A stretch of DNA of 59,440 nucleotides, counting the filler, from Dugesia japonica (lineage: Eukaryota), in assembly GCA_001938525.1 (NCBI GenBank). It is 5 parts of 5 records of this genome, joined end to end, with 100 filler letters (N's around TTAATTAATTAA, not from the genome) between each part and the next. Parts side by side here need not be neighbours in the genome. Positions count along the whole stretch, not along the records: positions 36,820 to 49,233 come from MQRL01591228.1; positions 49,334 to 59,440 come from MQRL01644172.1; 3 more parts are not named here. The stretch is one strand, 5' to 3'. The stretch's first letter is position 1; every line of letters starts with the position of its first letter. Of the stretch, positions 37,866 through 51,129 are shown one piece after another. The notes under the pieces are model-generated. The model searched no databases. It was not told the DNA's origin and worked only from the letters and a program-made list of their open reading frames with translations. The translations under genes and the position numbers were made by a program.

Positions 37866-40800
37866 ATAATTGCCCTTCTTAAAAAACGTCTAAGTTTTTC
37901 CACATTTCTTTCTAATCGCTATCAATTTTCTTCTTGTACCGCATACCGTCTTTCGTGAGTTCTCTCAATTATTCGATAAGGTCCTTCAAATCTGTCTTGA
38001 CTTTTATTTCTTGTTTCTATCTTGATGAGTACAAAATCGCACACTTTGAATTCTCTAATTGTATTCATATCTGAAGTGTTTTCTTTAGTTTTATTTGAAA
38101 CGTCTGACTCATACCATTTTTCTCTGCTAATCTTCTTTCCAAATACGATCTCAGCTGGGATCACTCCAGTCGTCTTCTGCTTTGTTGCATTCATTGTAAA
38201 TTCTATTCGCGGTAAAAGATCTGCCCAATATGTTGTCTTTCTTTCCTGAAGTGTTGCATTAATCAAATCTCGAATTGTCCTGAACTGTCTTTCAATTTGT
38301 CCGTTTGCATTATGATGATAGGGACTCGAAAATCAAAGTTTAATATCTAACTTCAGTGCAAACTTTCTCATAACTTTGAATTCAAAAGCTTTGTCACAAT
38401 CAAATTTTATTTTTCTTGGACTTCCAAATCTCAATATCTACTTTTCAAAAATAGCTTTTCGTATTGCTTCCTCGTCTTGTCTAGGCAATGGTATAAGAAC
38501 CAAATATTTACTGTACTGGTCGATTATTCCAAGAATGTATTTTTTCGTTCACTTGTTTCCCGCATTGTCCCACATATATCTGTGAATATGACTTGAAACA
38601 AATTTGTAGCTTCTAATCTCTTTACGTTCTCTTTAGTTACTCTTGTCATTACTTTGGTCTTCTGACAAATTTCACAACTACGAACTATTTTCTGTATTTG
38701 GCTACACAAATTCTTTGCAATGTATTTGTTTCTCATATATTCGTTCACCTTTTCCACTCCTGCATGACATAATAATTTATGTACTTCTTCTATTGTCTTA
38801 TGTATTTTGTCCTCCGAAATTTTTATTTTCTTGAATTAATCTTTGTCCTAAAAAATGTATAATTGGTCTTCTTTTTCCTTTTCAATCATGTTTAGTATTC
38901 TCGTTTTAAGCTTCCCTTTCTTAGAATCTTCATGTGACATTTGACATTGTACACATACCTCACATCTTGGTCAAGATAACATATCTGCATTGCCATGTTC
39001 AATTCCTTTTCTATATTCCCAAACCATGTCTAGACTACTCAGATGATTAATCAATGTCTAAAATTGTGATGTTATTGGTTTTTTCGTCGTCATCATTAAC
39101 GTTAGAGCTTTATGATCTGTTCTAAGAGTAAATCTTCTACCGCGCAAATAGTGTTTGAAGTGCATGCAGAAATAATAAACAGCCAACAATTCTTTTCGTG
39201 TGATGCAATATTCCTTTTCATGACTCGTCATTGAGTGTGATCCATAGGCAACAACTCTTTCTCTTCCTTCTTTATCTATCCGTGACAATACTGCTCTAAT
39301 TGTATCAAAACTGGCATCTGTATCTAATATTAATTCTTTGTTTATGTCGGTAAAACATAATATTGATGCAGTCATTAGAGATTGTTTCAGACCCTCAAAA
39401 GTATTGTTTATTTCATCTGCCCATTCTAATTTTTTGTTGCTTGGCCCTCTACACAACTGCTCTAAACTCCTTGATTTTCTTGCGTAGTTTTCTATAAACA
39501 TTCTGTAATAATTACAAATTACTAAGATACTTCGTAACTTCTTAACACAGTTAGGTTTGCCAAATGTTCTTATTGCTTCTATTTTAAACGGATCAGTTCT
39601 GACACCCTCCGTGCAAATTATGAGTCCAAGAAACTTGATTTCGCTTTGAAGAAACTTACACTTTTCTGGATTAATTCTTTTACGAGTTTTCATTATTTCC
39701 GTCAATACTCTTTCAATTACTTCATATTATTGATCTTTATTGTTTGTAAATATCAGGATGTCATCAAGATAAACCATGGTTCCATTGATTCCGCCTACCC
39801 TTTTTGTCATCATCTCTTGAAATGACCCTCGTGCCGCTGCGATGCCAAATAGCATTCTATTAAAACAATATTGTCCATGCTTTGTTGAAAACGCCGTTTT
39901 TTCTTGAGATTCTTCTACGAGCTCTACCTGAAAGTATTTCCCAAATCTATTGAACTGAAATATTTGGCTCCATTTAACTTGTCCAGCATTTCATTGACAT
40001 TAGGCATAGGAAAGACTGTTCTTTTCATTACTGCATTCAATTGTCTGAAATTCAAACATATTCTTATGTATTTTCTTTCTTTTTTTCAAACACAGATTAG
40101 TGAGGTATTCCATGGAGAGTTGCATTTTTGAAAAGGTTTTAGATAGCTTCTTCAATTTTAGATTCTAAGTTTATTAGTTGNNNNNNNNNNNNNNNNNNNN
40201 NNNNNNNNNNNNNNNNNNNNNNNNNNNNNNNNNNNNNNNNNNNNNNNCCTACATCTCAGTTATCTACCATAAAAGCATCTTCTTTACTTTCAATTATTTT
40301 CAATAACCGTTGATCCTCTTTAATCTTCAAAGTATTTAAGGCTCTTGTCAATTGCTCTCCTTTTTTAATTTGTCTTCCAAATTTTGCTTCAAAATTGCAA
40401 ATCTAATTTTCGACTTTTTCATCCATTTTGCTATCAACCTCTCGCATAAGCTGGTATTCAAATATCTTCTGCATATTTATTTCTTCTATAAGATCTGGTG
40501 TTACTCTTTCAGCAACAATGAACGTAATCTCTTTGCAAACTTCATAAATTATCACTCCAGTTCTAATTTTTCCAACAATTTTAAGTGAACTATTATCTGC
40601 ACAACGCAATTTTTCATCACTCATTTATAAATTTACTTCTCGTAATTTAATAAAACAATTCAAACTCATCACGTTAATTCTAGCCACTGTATCTAATAGA
40701 CATTCAACTTTATTTCCTTGAATTGATACCGTAACACTTGGTCTGCCTTGCAATGTATGGTACAAAATATTTGTTTTCTTTTCTGTTTCAACTGTTCTAA

Positions 40801-41608
40801 CCCATTCTACTTTTCTATCATCCTCAAAATCTTTCCTCTTTAAGAATCTGTATACTTTTTCTGTAACTTTTCCGATATTATCTTACTTTTTTACCCCTAG
40901 AGAATATATACTAACTTCCTTTAACAATGGATTGCTCCAACGAATTCCTCCACTGGTGGAGCCCTGCTTTTTGAGAACTGCCTTTTGAGAGTGCCTTTTG
41001 GAGTCACTTTCATGTACTTCCTCATATCCATCGCTTATGCTGACATCTTCATCTGCAATCGCATGTACTCGATTATATTGGTATTTTGATATTTCTGCAG
41101 TCATAAATTTCTCATTTGTTCTTTTCATTTTTAAATTTGAGTAGCACTTTTCTGATCTATTTCCACCATTACCACATCCTTTACACCTTACTTCTTGATA
41201 TAACCTTCTAATATGGCCAACCTTTCCACATCCAATACATTTTATTGGTTTTTTATTTGGACAATCTTGACTTATATGTCCTGTTTTATGACACGTCCAA
41301 CACTCTACCACTTTTTTTGATCGGATAATTTGCTTTAGCATGACCAATCCTATGACATAACCAACATTTGCTATTTTGTCCTTCCTTTCTTTGCTCCACA
41401 TGTCTATTCACTGTATGATTTACTGGTTTCGGATCATTTCAATTTGTAACTCTCACGTAACTTCTAACTGCATCAACTTGATCTCTTTTTTTCTCTACTC
41501 AATCTACTAACGTCACTGTTTCTTCAATTTCTTCTATAATCTCTCTTTTTCGCAAAGTCACTTCTTCTTCAACTTTTTTGCTATCTGAGCAATATACTAG
41601 CATCTTTG
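37866..41608 (-). mobile_element. Ty3/Gypsy LTR retrotransposon internal region (gag-PR-RT-RH-IN), decayed
   Basis: Gag CCHC knuckles CWTCHKTGHISQDC, protease LLDT, RT YLDD, RNase H DTDAS..KELLA..TDHKAL, integrase CEICQ..DICG, GPY; purine tract at ~37871-37885. Confidence 0.95.
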
Positions 41609-42649
41609 NNNNNNNNNNNNNNNNNNNNNNNNNNNNNNNNNNNNNNNNNNNNNNNNNNNNNNNNNNNNNNNNNNNNNNNNNNNNNNNNNNNNNNNNNNNN
41701 NNNNNNNNNNNNNNNNNNNNNNNNNNNNNNNNNNNNNNNNNNNNNNNNNNNNNNNNNNNAATACAAAGAGATTATCATGAATCACTTTCTCAAATAAATA
41801 TTTTCAATTATGTATTCAGTTTTTTTAATTGTTTTACTCAAATATATGTACTGATATCATACGTATACAGTACTTTCATACATATATAACGAGATTTTCG
41901 ATAGAATTAACCATCATACATTTTATTTATTTATTAATTATACCACCTAAGTCCATTAAACCATATAAAACTAAATACAATCAATAAACCAATTGTTGAA
42001 AATTATAAGTAAAGTATGCCCCCGGAGATTAGGATTTTATACATATTAATCAATTTCATTCTAGTTAATTATATTCTGGTAATTTATTTGATGTGTTATT
42101 CAAATGTTAAAAAAGATTATACAAAATTAGTTTCATAGAGCTATCGAAAAATGGTACAGAATTTCCCTAGAAGTGTTGTAAAATAATCAAAATCTATGTA
42201 AAATACTGGGAAATATATCCAATACTTCCGAGAAGTGTTGTAAAATTATTTAAACTTTCCTAGTAGACATGGAAATCTATCCAAAATTTCATCGAAGTCA
42301 TGGAAAGTTAACCATAATTTTACAGAAGTTATAAATTGTTATATTTAAAAAAAAATACTTTATACTCTACTTAGCTATTTCCAAGAATTTCTATTGTACG
42401 CATGAATTTGTCTTCTTTTAGATTAATAAAAGTTGTTACAAATAATTCTTTGATGGGTACAAGAATTATTAAAAACGTGAATAAAATTTAGTGATATTTC
42501 AGTGTATTTAATTAATTTTATTTAACATCTTAAATATGTCTAGTTTAAAGTTATTGTTTGCACTAAATGTATTTTTTCAAATTTCCAAAATTTGTTATTN
42601 ATATATACAAATGAAATCATTTAGAAATTTTTCAGCGTTATAATGAAAA

Positions 42650-44420
42650 TGTGAAAACACTTGCATACTTTCTATCTGAACTAATGCAAATCACTAAACT
42701 CGATACATTCAAATAACTCAATACAATTAATAAACCTAATACATTCAGTAAACCTGATAATTTCATTAAACCTATACATTCAATTCATTTACCTATTAAA
42801 CTTAAATCTTGTATTTAACGCTTTCATTTATCTTTATCTAATCGTTCAAGTCAATCATTACAGCTACTTTACACATTGAATATTCTTAATTTGTTAAATT
42901 AACTATAAATCTATAAGTAATAGTTAGTATTTTCATTAAAATTATGACTAAGCTGATTGTAAGCTATACTGAGTGTCAACATGATTTTATAGTCATAATG
43001 CATTTCATCTTACAACTATTGATATAATTAATCCAATACAATCAATTTACATAGTTATTTATTAAGTTATATAACAATTTTGTCAAGACAAATACAGTAA
43101 ATTAATCGATTAATCAATGAATACAGTAAACCAGTGTGACTCAGTAAACAAGTGAACACAGCAAAGCTTAGGAATAGACTAAGCAAATGAGTACAGAAAC
43201 CCAATGTGACAGATTAAAAACAATGGGATTCAGTAAATCAATGGATAGAGTAAGCAGATGATAGCAGTAAGTCAATGCGATAAAGTAAGCTAATGTGACA
43301 CAATAAACCAATATGTTTCAGTAAACTAATGTTTAAAAGTTAAACCAATGAACACAGTTAACCTAATGTGATGTAGTAAAACAAGTGTAATGTAGTAAAG
43401 CCAAAAAACAACACATATAATGTACAAATTGTAGTAGGCTATGTGTAAATTACAACCAGCTATATGTAATTTGCTGACACTTATATACAAATTGTAGACA
43501 CATATAAACAAATTGTCACCACATAAGTGCAAAATATAGTAAACCATGTACAAATCTTTGCAAGCTGTGACTACATTATAACAATCAATGAATAAATAAT
43601 AGCAAGTTATTAACAAAATTGTCGTTAGCTGTGTACAAATTGCAACAACCTATGTGTAAATTTTGGTCACATATGTACAAATTGTTACAAGCTATGAGTA
43701 AATTACAACCACTTTTGAATAAATTGTAGACACATATAAGCAAATGATAACCAACTATATGTAAATTGTAGACATCTATTGTACATTGATACATTAATTT
43801 TAAATTTTTAAAGTTTGAATTTTATTTAAATAACTTTATTTTATTAAATTTCTTAAAATTTGCACAAAATATTAATAAATATATACTAAGTCCATAAACA
43901 ATTTCATTAAATATAAAGACCCGTGTAAAAAATATAGATTAATTTTATTAAGATTTGTTAAATTTTCATTAAGTTTAGTAAAATTAATTAAATTCACGAA
44001 CATTCATCGAATATGATAAGTTAGATAGATTAATATTATTCATTATGATTTCTTTCATAGAGTTGAGTGGTTGTATTTACATAATAAACAAATAGTTATA
44101 GTAAAATAATGCATAACGAGTAAATGGATACTATGATCCAATGTAATACAGTGAAGCCTATGTGTTACAGTAAAACCATTGTGACACAGTAAAGCAATTG
44201 GGTTTTGGTAAAGTCAATGTGTTAGAGTTAACAAGTGAACACAATAGACCAATATGACACGCAGCTTATTAAAGTAAAGCCAATGAACACAGTCAAGCCC
44301 ACGTGTTGCAGTAAAATCTATGTATTACAGTAAACTAATGGATAGAGTAAGGAAATTGGTGCAGAAAGCCAGTGGATTTAGTAAACTATATAACATTGTA
44401 AACCAATGAATACCAAACAC
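42650..44420 (-). repeat. Composite dispersed repeat (copy 2) with ~20-bp cagtaaaccaatgtgaca and acaaattgtagaca subrepeat arrays
   Basis: Inverted homology to 7050-8790; internal short-period repeats. Confidence 0.75.
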
Positions 44421-44865
44421 ATAGATAGTATTTTATCATAGTACATGCTCAATTTAGCCAATCGAAGTAAATGATTTGATTATTTAACATAACAATGATT
44501 TAATACATTTATTTTTAGTAGAACATTATCATCCAGCTCAAATTTGTTCAAAAAATTATGAAAAACTTTACTGAAATAAATCTTCTAATTTAAATTTTGT
44601 CTTTAATTTATCAATTTTTATAGTTTTGTTATTTTCATAACAAAATTTTCATTTTTGTTATTTTCATAATGTTAATTTTATATGATAAATAGTGTACATT
44701 TGACTTTAAATAAAGCCTTTTGATATTTGTTGTAAGGTGTATAATTTTTATTGTTATTTTGTGTTTTATATACATATGTTAAATTTTGTACCTATTTATA
44801 ATTGTTTTAGCAATGTTATAATATGTTATAGCATAATGCAATGTTATATCCATTATATAACATAA

Positions 44866-45057
44866 CGGATAACTTCCAATAGTATGACTCATACTAGTAA
44901 ATAGTATGACCAAAAAAGTTATTTTTTGAATTTTCATTAAATTTGGTCATAATATTTGGATTAAAAATATTATAAAAATTATTATAACAATGGTCATATT
45001 ATTTTTTAGTGTACAAAAAAAATTGAAAAAAATAGTCATACTATTAGGAGTTACCTG
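44866..45057. mobile_element. Small MITE
   Basis: TIR taacttccaatagtatgact / agtcatactattaggagttac. Confidence 0.65.
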
Positions 45058-45179
45058 TTAAAAATAATTTCTAAATTTTAAAATTACAATTAAATAATTT
45101 AAATGACTTAAACAATGAAAAACATGTGGAAATATTTTAATAGCTTTTCACGAAGAAAGAAGTGTTTCACGATAGTAAT

Positions 45180-45540
45180 TCGTTAAACAATATATTGGCA
45201 GTTTTTTTATTCTGATTTTTTGGTTTAAAAATAAAATTAATTAAATGATTATGTTCCTGAAGAAGACTATTGTCGAAAATTTGAACTTTATTACAAATAA
45301 ATTTTGTTTTGATCGAAGCTTTATCTTATTTTAATGAAATCTCAAATCCGATCAATGGTTAAGTCCAACAATTATTCTCACAATAATTGTAATTATAAAA
45401 TTATAAATATAATCAATAATTTTATTTTATTTCAAGAACCAAGCATCTTTAGCTATAAGTCCGTCAGACAATTCATAGGTAACATTTTATTCTGATTCTT
45501 ATGATGCGAAAGTCAAAGTTATGACTGATAAATTTAAAGA
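45180..45540 (+). mobile_element. Penelope-like element relic
   Basis: Hammerhead-like motif, pLTR tail 45348-45400, then AISPSDNS...DSYDAKV resembling the PLE IxPADK...DYxxK RT motif. Confidence 0.55.
45251..45288 (+). ncRNA. Minimal type I hammerhead ribozyme-like motif in a Penelope-like pseudo-LTR
   Basis: GTTC-CTGAAGA-a-GAC(TATT)GTC-GAAA-ATTT-GAAC: both core boxes, stem II and a 4-bp stem I. Confidence 0.6.
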
Positions 45541-45544
45541 TAAA

Positions 45545-46284
45545 TTTCAATGTAGCACAGTACGCTACTACATATTCTGAGAGAACTAAGCTTATTAATA
45601 TAACAAACCCTATATATAAAATAAAGAACTTTAAATTTTAAGGCTATTGATACTAAATTTAACAGTATATGATAATTCTGGACTGAGAAATAAATTATTG
45701 AAATTTTTAATTTAAACATTTCTAATTCGATTTTCGTATGAAAGAAAGGGTTTTCGAAGATTTTGCTTGAATATGATCCCGACCTACTTTTTAATAATCT
45801 ATAAAATGATAACGAGTATGATTTGAAATCTTTTAGATCATGAGAGGGTACTGTTCCAGTGCGCTAATATCTTTTCTGAGAGAACTATAGCATGTTTTGA
45901 GAAAAGTAAAATTTTATTCCTAAAGAATTTTAAATTTTGAATTCAATGGTATAAAATATTTTATGAATTATTATTATTTTAATTATATAATTATATATTA
46001 TTTCCTGAACGAAGCATTTTGTACTATAGGTTCTTTAGACGATAAATAAGTAACAATTTATTCTGATTTCAACGATACTAAATTTGAAATCGTACGATAT
46101 AAATTTACCAAAAAGCTTTGCACCACAAATTAAAATTTTTGATCTTCTTGAGCCAAAATGCGACCAATAAAATTCGAAATAAAAAAATTCTTTTAAGTAA
46201 TCGTAACGATGAATCATAATCCAACATTTCTAGATCACTTAATCGGTGGGGATGGGTGATCCATTGCATTAGTATCTACAAACT
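45545..46284 (-). mobile_element. Second copy of the AGT-terminated array element (same family as 5148-6670)
   Basis: Minus-strand start agtttgtagatactaatgcaatggatcacccatccccaccga; internal ttctctcagaaaagatattagcgcactggaacagtacc and atagggtttg units. Confidence 0.65.
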
Positions 46285-47015
46285 TGATGTAATCTAAATT
46301 TCTTTACTTTCTAGCTTGCCGAAATTGGTATTGAAATAACCTTAAAGATTCCACAAGAGAATATTAAAATTCAAAGATTATTTTTTGCTGAAATTCACAA
46401 TTGCTTTTATAGCAAATTGTATCGTCAAATTTGAAGTTTATTGTGCTACTTCAAAATGTTTAGATTTCTTATTTGTATGTTATGACATGAGGCACTGACC
46501 CGCTACTCACATATTTTATTTTTTACATTGATATTTAGTTGCCTTTGCTGCTTCTATTTTTCTATTGTACCGGTGTTCATTCGATAACTATAGATGCATA
46601 TCGTTTTTAAGCTATGCACAGTGCTCACCTGATACACGCAAAAATAAATTGTATTAATAATTTTCTGCAAATGCAAAAGGTTTTATCTTGTGTTAGTGCT
46701 AATGAAAACTAAATTCACTGAACAGACACGAACTGAAGTAAATTTTAATAATATCTTTGATGAAAAATACTAATTTTCCAAAAGTCTGTAGTAATTTATA
46801 AATAAGTATTCTTAAAATTTCGTTTTCAAATAATTAAATATCAATAAAAAATCTCTACATATAATGGTTTAATCCTTCCTGAAACCAATTTTCATTTTAA
46901 AACTTGGTTACTTGCTTACTAAATAATAATATTTATTGGTTTCCTGAATTGAATTCTATTGGTATCTTGTATAAGTCTCTATTGATTTCCTGTGTGAAAC
47001 TCTATTGGTTTACTG

Positions 47016-47387
47016 CAGGGCCGTTGCTAGGTCGTTGGGGACCCAAGCAAAGGGGCAGATTTAGCGCCCGAACCCATGAATATACGAAATAGTGGTTTCT
47101 ATAACTAAAAAGTAACAAAAACGTTTTCATAATTATAATTATTTATTCGTCATTCACATTGTAGGCTGTAGCCAAGCCTAGATTGCTTAGTTTCATTCAT
47201 TTGAATCATTTCAACTAAATATGTATAAGATTAATATAATAGGGAGGGCCATGCTAAAATTGAACTTTTCGAGCTTTAGTTAAAATTTCGGAAATTCCTG
47301 GGCATCATTTTAGCGCTCCCTAGGCTCCTGCAACCCATTGGCACCCAGGGACACCGCCCAATTCGCCAGCCCCTAGCAACGGTCCTG
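47016..47387. mobile_element. hAT MITE
   Basis: 16-bp TIR CAGGGCCGTTGCTAGG/CCTAGCAACGGTCCTG; perfect 8-bp TSD gtttactg. Confidence 0.93.
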
Positions 47388-48089
47388 GTTTACTGTATAC
47401 AACTCTATTAGTTTACTGTATGATATTTTATTAGTTTGTTTTTGTATAAAATTAAACTTGGTTTGGCTTAATTACTTTTACAATTGCTTTTATTGCGAGA
47501 ATAATAAAAAAATAAATAAAAATATTAAAAAAACATTTCATCGAAAAACATTAATATATAAAAATCAAATAAATTGATTTCAAACATGTCAGTTGTATTT
47601 GTCATCTCATTGGGGTTCAAATGACATCAAATTGGATACAGTTCGATTAAGAAATTTTACTAAAAAACCATTTCTTTTAATATTTGAAAGTTCTTTGTTT
47701 ATTGTTCTTTGATTTTCTCTTAAAGTATACATTTTTTAAATCAGTACTTTATAAAATATATAGGTACTCTTTGAATCTTTATCGATTGGTATGAGGATCA
47801 AGTCAAATTATAATTATTTCGATTCTGTACAGAGTTTTTAAAATTTAAAAGTTTTAATAACTTCTCCTCAGTAGATCAAATTGAACTTCTGAGATAGCAA
47901 TAATGTTTATCATCTGATTACGAGTCCAACAATATTAAGTGTGTCATCATATCACGTATCTACTCGTTTTAAATTGAATTTTAAAAAGTGTGTTACAGTG
48001 TACCACTATCTACCCATTCNNNNNNNNNNNNNNNNNNNNNNNNNNNNNNNNNNNNNNNNNNNNNNNNNNNNNNNCGCAGTGTATGGTCA

Positions 48090-48809
48090 GTTTTCGATTT
48101 TCTTTCAGATGATTATAGTGTAAAGTTGAAGACCTTAAACCACCACCATAAACAGTCAAATTTCGGGTGTTTTTAATTTTACGGAAAAGAAGCCATGTTT
48201 TTTAAAAATGTTTTAAACTTTTAATCGATTGGTAATAAAAACTCGATGACTGTAATGGAAAACCATTGAAAGAGATACTTTTTTTAAAAGCCTTTAAAAG
48301 TTCAATTCGTTTATAACTTTTTACTGTTATGTATGATAAAGTTCTCATTTATCCCATTGAGTTTGCTCTAAAATCTTGTANNNNNNNNNNNNNNNNNNNN
48401 NNNNNNNNNNNNNNNNNNNNNNNNNNNNNNGTTTTCGATTTTCTTTCAGATGATTATAGTGTAAAGTTGAAGACCTTAAACCACCACCATAAACAGTCAA
48501 ATTTTGGGTGTTTTTAATTTTACGGAAAAGAAGCCATGTTTTTTTTTAAATGTTTTAAACTTTCAATCGATTGGTAATAAAAACTCGATGACTGTAATGG
48601 AAAACCATTGAAAGAGATACTTTTTTTAAAAGTCTTTAAAAGTTCAATTCGTTAATAACTTTTTACTGTTATGTATGATAAAGTTCTCATTTACCCCATT
48701 GAGTTTGCTCTAAAATCTTGTATAAGGCTAGAAAAAATTGTTTAAATCGGAACTATATTTCGGCCGCAAAGGAAGGGGGGCGCAGTAACGTAAAGTTTGG
48801 AAACCACTG
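48090..48809 (+). repeat. Near-identical ~290-bp tandem duplication across N gaps, ending in an hAT-like TIR (gtttggaaaccactg)
   Basis: 48090-48380 vs 48431-48722. Confidence 0.8.
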
Positions 48810-49233
48810 TTCCATAGTAAATCATTCTTTTCAATATTCTCAATTTTGCTGTGATTTAATTACGACATAATGTGAAGTTGATAATAATTGTAAATTCATT
48901 CAAGAATTGTGTAAAATCATTTTATTTTTCTCTATAATTTTTGTAAGTGGTTTGAATTTAATAAAGTCTTCTAAACCGTTTGTAACTTCCTTTTTCTTTA
49001 TTATAATTTTCTGTTACCTTTTTTTAAATTTCCTAATTATTTCTAGTAATTATTTTTACTATTTACAATTTCAATGGACGTTTTACAATTTAATTTTGTT
49101 ACCATAGTGATTATCATTTCTGAAAGATATTTATATTGCTATTAATTGTTTTTATTGTACACATCTATTTTTGCATTCTCATAAGATTATGTAAACAAAC
49201 ACGATTGTAATTTCTCGGGATAAAGTTTTTTTT

Positions 49234-49333
49234 NNNNNNNNNNNNNNNNNNNNNNNNNNNNNNNNNNNNNNNNNNNNTTAATTAATTAANNNNNNNNNNN
49301 NNNNNNNNNNNNNNNNNNNNNNNNNNNNNNNNN
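49234..49333. other. Artificial assembly linker
   Basis: 44 N + TTAATTAATTAA + 44 N. Confidence 0.97.
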
Positions 49334-49567
49334 CGAAAGACTAGGACCACGGGTTATGAAAGAATTGAAACTGCAAGATGTCACAAATGCATTTGGTACT
49401 ATGGATTCCTACGATAATATCTCTGAGGAAGATGAAATGTTTATAATTGAATAAATATTTTTGATTGATTTTTTTATTTATTATAAGACACCCCCTCAAT
49501 ATAAGGCATGTTTGAAATCTGACAATTTTTTTTATAAGGCATGTCTTATAATAGGGGAAACACGGTA
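49334..49567 (+). mobile_element. 3' end of a pogo/Tc2-like DNA transposon
   Basis: Acidic C-terminal remnant, ataagac/ataaggca subterminal repeats, ggggaaaacacgg-TA end. Confidence 0.55.
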
Positions 49568-50230
49568 CTACATGAAAAGTTTACAGATTTCTTCATGAAT
49601 ATATACTGTTGACATTGAATGAATATTTTTTATCAATATTGCAGACAACAGCAATAGACATAAATATAATAATGAACGATTCCATCTTGGAACTTCAATC
49701 AAATTTCCCGTGCAATCTAAACAAGACCCATTATGACATCTTAAAAAATGTTTTGAAGATGACTGAAGACTTTCTGGATTAAATGTTATGTTAATAAATG
49801 TTTTATTGGATAATTGTTTTCTTTTATTTATTTTTTTTATAATTAGTAAATTAATAAGATTCTTTAAGTAGTAAAATAATAAATGTTTCTTATTGTAAAT
49901 AGTTTTTAATTGTGAATGCAATAGGCATGCAATAGAGATGCAAAACAGTAACACGTGCCTGGGAATTTTGAAATATGCAATATTCATTCAATTGGGTTGC
50001 AACACAACAACACTTGCCTGGCAATTTTAGACTGCCCCATCCATTGCAAAATATCAAGCTATCCCGTCTACTGCAAAATCTAAAGACTACTCCAATGTTT
50101 TTAATAATAAATGCAATAGGCATGCAATGGGATACCAACACCGCGATACGTGCCTGGGAATTGTAGTCTGCTCAAAACATACCAAGGATGTCACATCCCT
50201 TGCAAAATATCAATACTGTGCCATATATAA
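49568..50230 (-). pseudogene. Decayed tandem Cys-rich (RING-finger-like) gene
   Basis: Two ~195-bp DNA repeats encoding IPRHV..C...IACLL plus HFLRCHNGSCLDC..PR. Confidence 0.4.
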
Positions 50231-50299
50231 ATATCAAATCTGCTTAAAAATACATCTATTTTTCATAAAAAAAAACATTTTAAATAAATACTTCATTTT

Positions 50300-51028
50300 T
50301 TATTAAAAAATCATAAGTTCAAAATTTTTATGAAAATCAACATTTTTCAAAAAATTATTACGTCACCCACACCACACAGAAAAAATTCATTTAAATTTTA
50401 TAAAATCCGATAATTAATTACCTTTCTACCCATATACCTATCCCCAGGAGGAAATTTTTTAACACCTTTATACTACTTACAAATTATTGACCAATCAAAT
50501 TATCGATTAAAAAAACTTCAATTTCCCTCAACTCCTATACCATCATCCTCCTCATTACACCATCTTTCCAACAAGCAATCAACCATCAAAATTCATCAAC
50601 TACTATACAAACATATACCCTCCCAAAAATCAACGCGCGATAACTCATCAGGTGATCCAGTGCGCTACCACCCCTTGTAGACCAAACCATTCATTCTACC
50701 CCATAAGTTTTAAAGACAATATATAAGCAGTATTTTGGTCTCAACACACCCATATCATAATACCCACAAAAAAGTGAAAATCAATAACTACACAGTTCAA
50801 TCACATGCACGTCCACTCTTACACACCCACCACCTCCACCAAACCAACTTTAACTTACACACAACAACCTTCTAAACACACACAAATTTTAAAATCAAAG
50901 TTCCACACACCAACAGCCCCAAGTTCAAAATATTTGATCCCGATCAAAAATCTTTTTTAAAAAATTTACAAAAACTAGTATATCAAAATTCTCGGTGGGG
51001 TGATTCAATGCGCAACTATCTACCTACT
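50300..51028 (-). mobile_element. Polinton-type terminal region
   Basis: Minus-strand start AGTAGGTAGATAGTTGCGCATTGAATCACCCCACCGA; internal reiteration ggtgatccagtgcgctacc at ~50651-50670. Confidence 0.6.
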
Positions 51029-51129
51029 GTTTATCAGTCTTAGTTCCTGGTATTAATAATATTTAATACCAAGATCTTAAACCAGCAGACCCGAATGGTG
51101 TTCTGATACATAAAATTTTTAACAATGTT

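Noticed and set aside
43326-43794. Cys/Tyr-rich ORFs
   Set aside because: Translation of a ~21-bp minisatellite
48090-48722. Recent biological tandem duplication
   Set aside because: Near-identical copies bracket N gaps; likely allelic or overlapping contig ends, so not promoted to a finding
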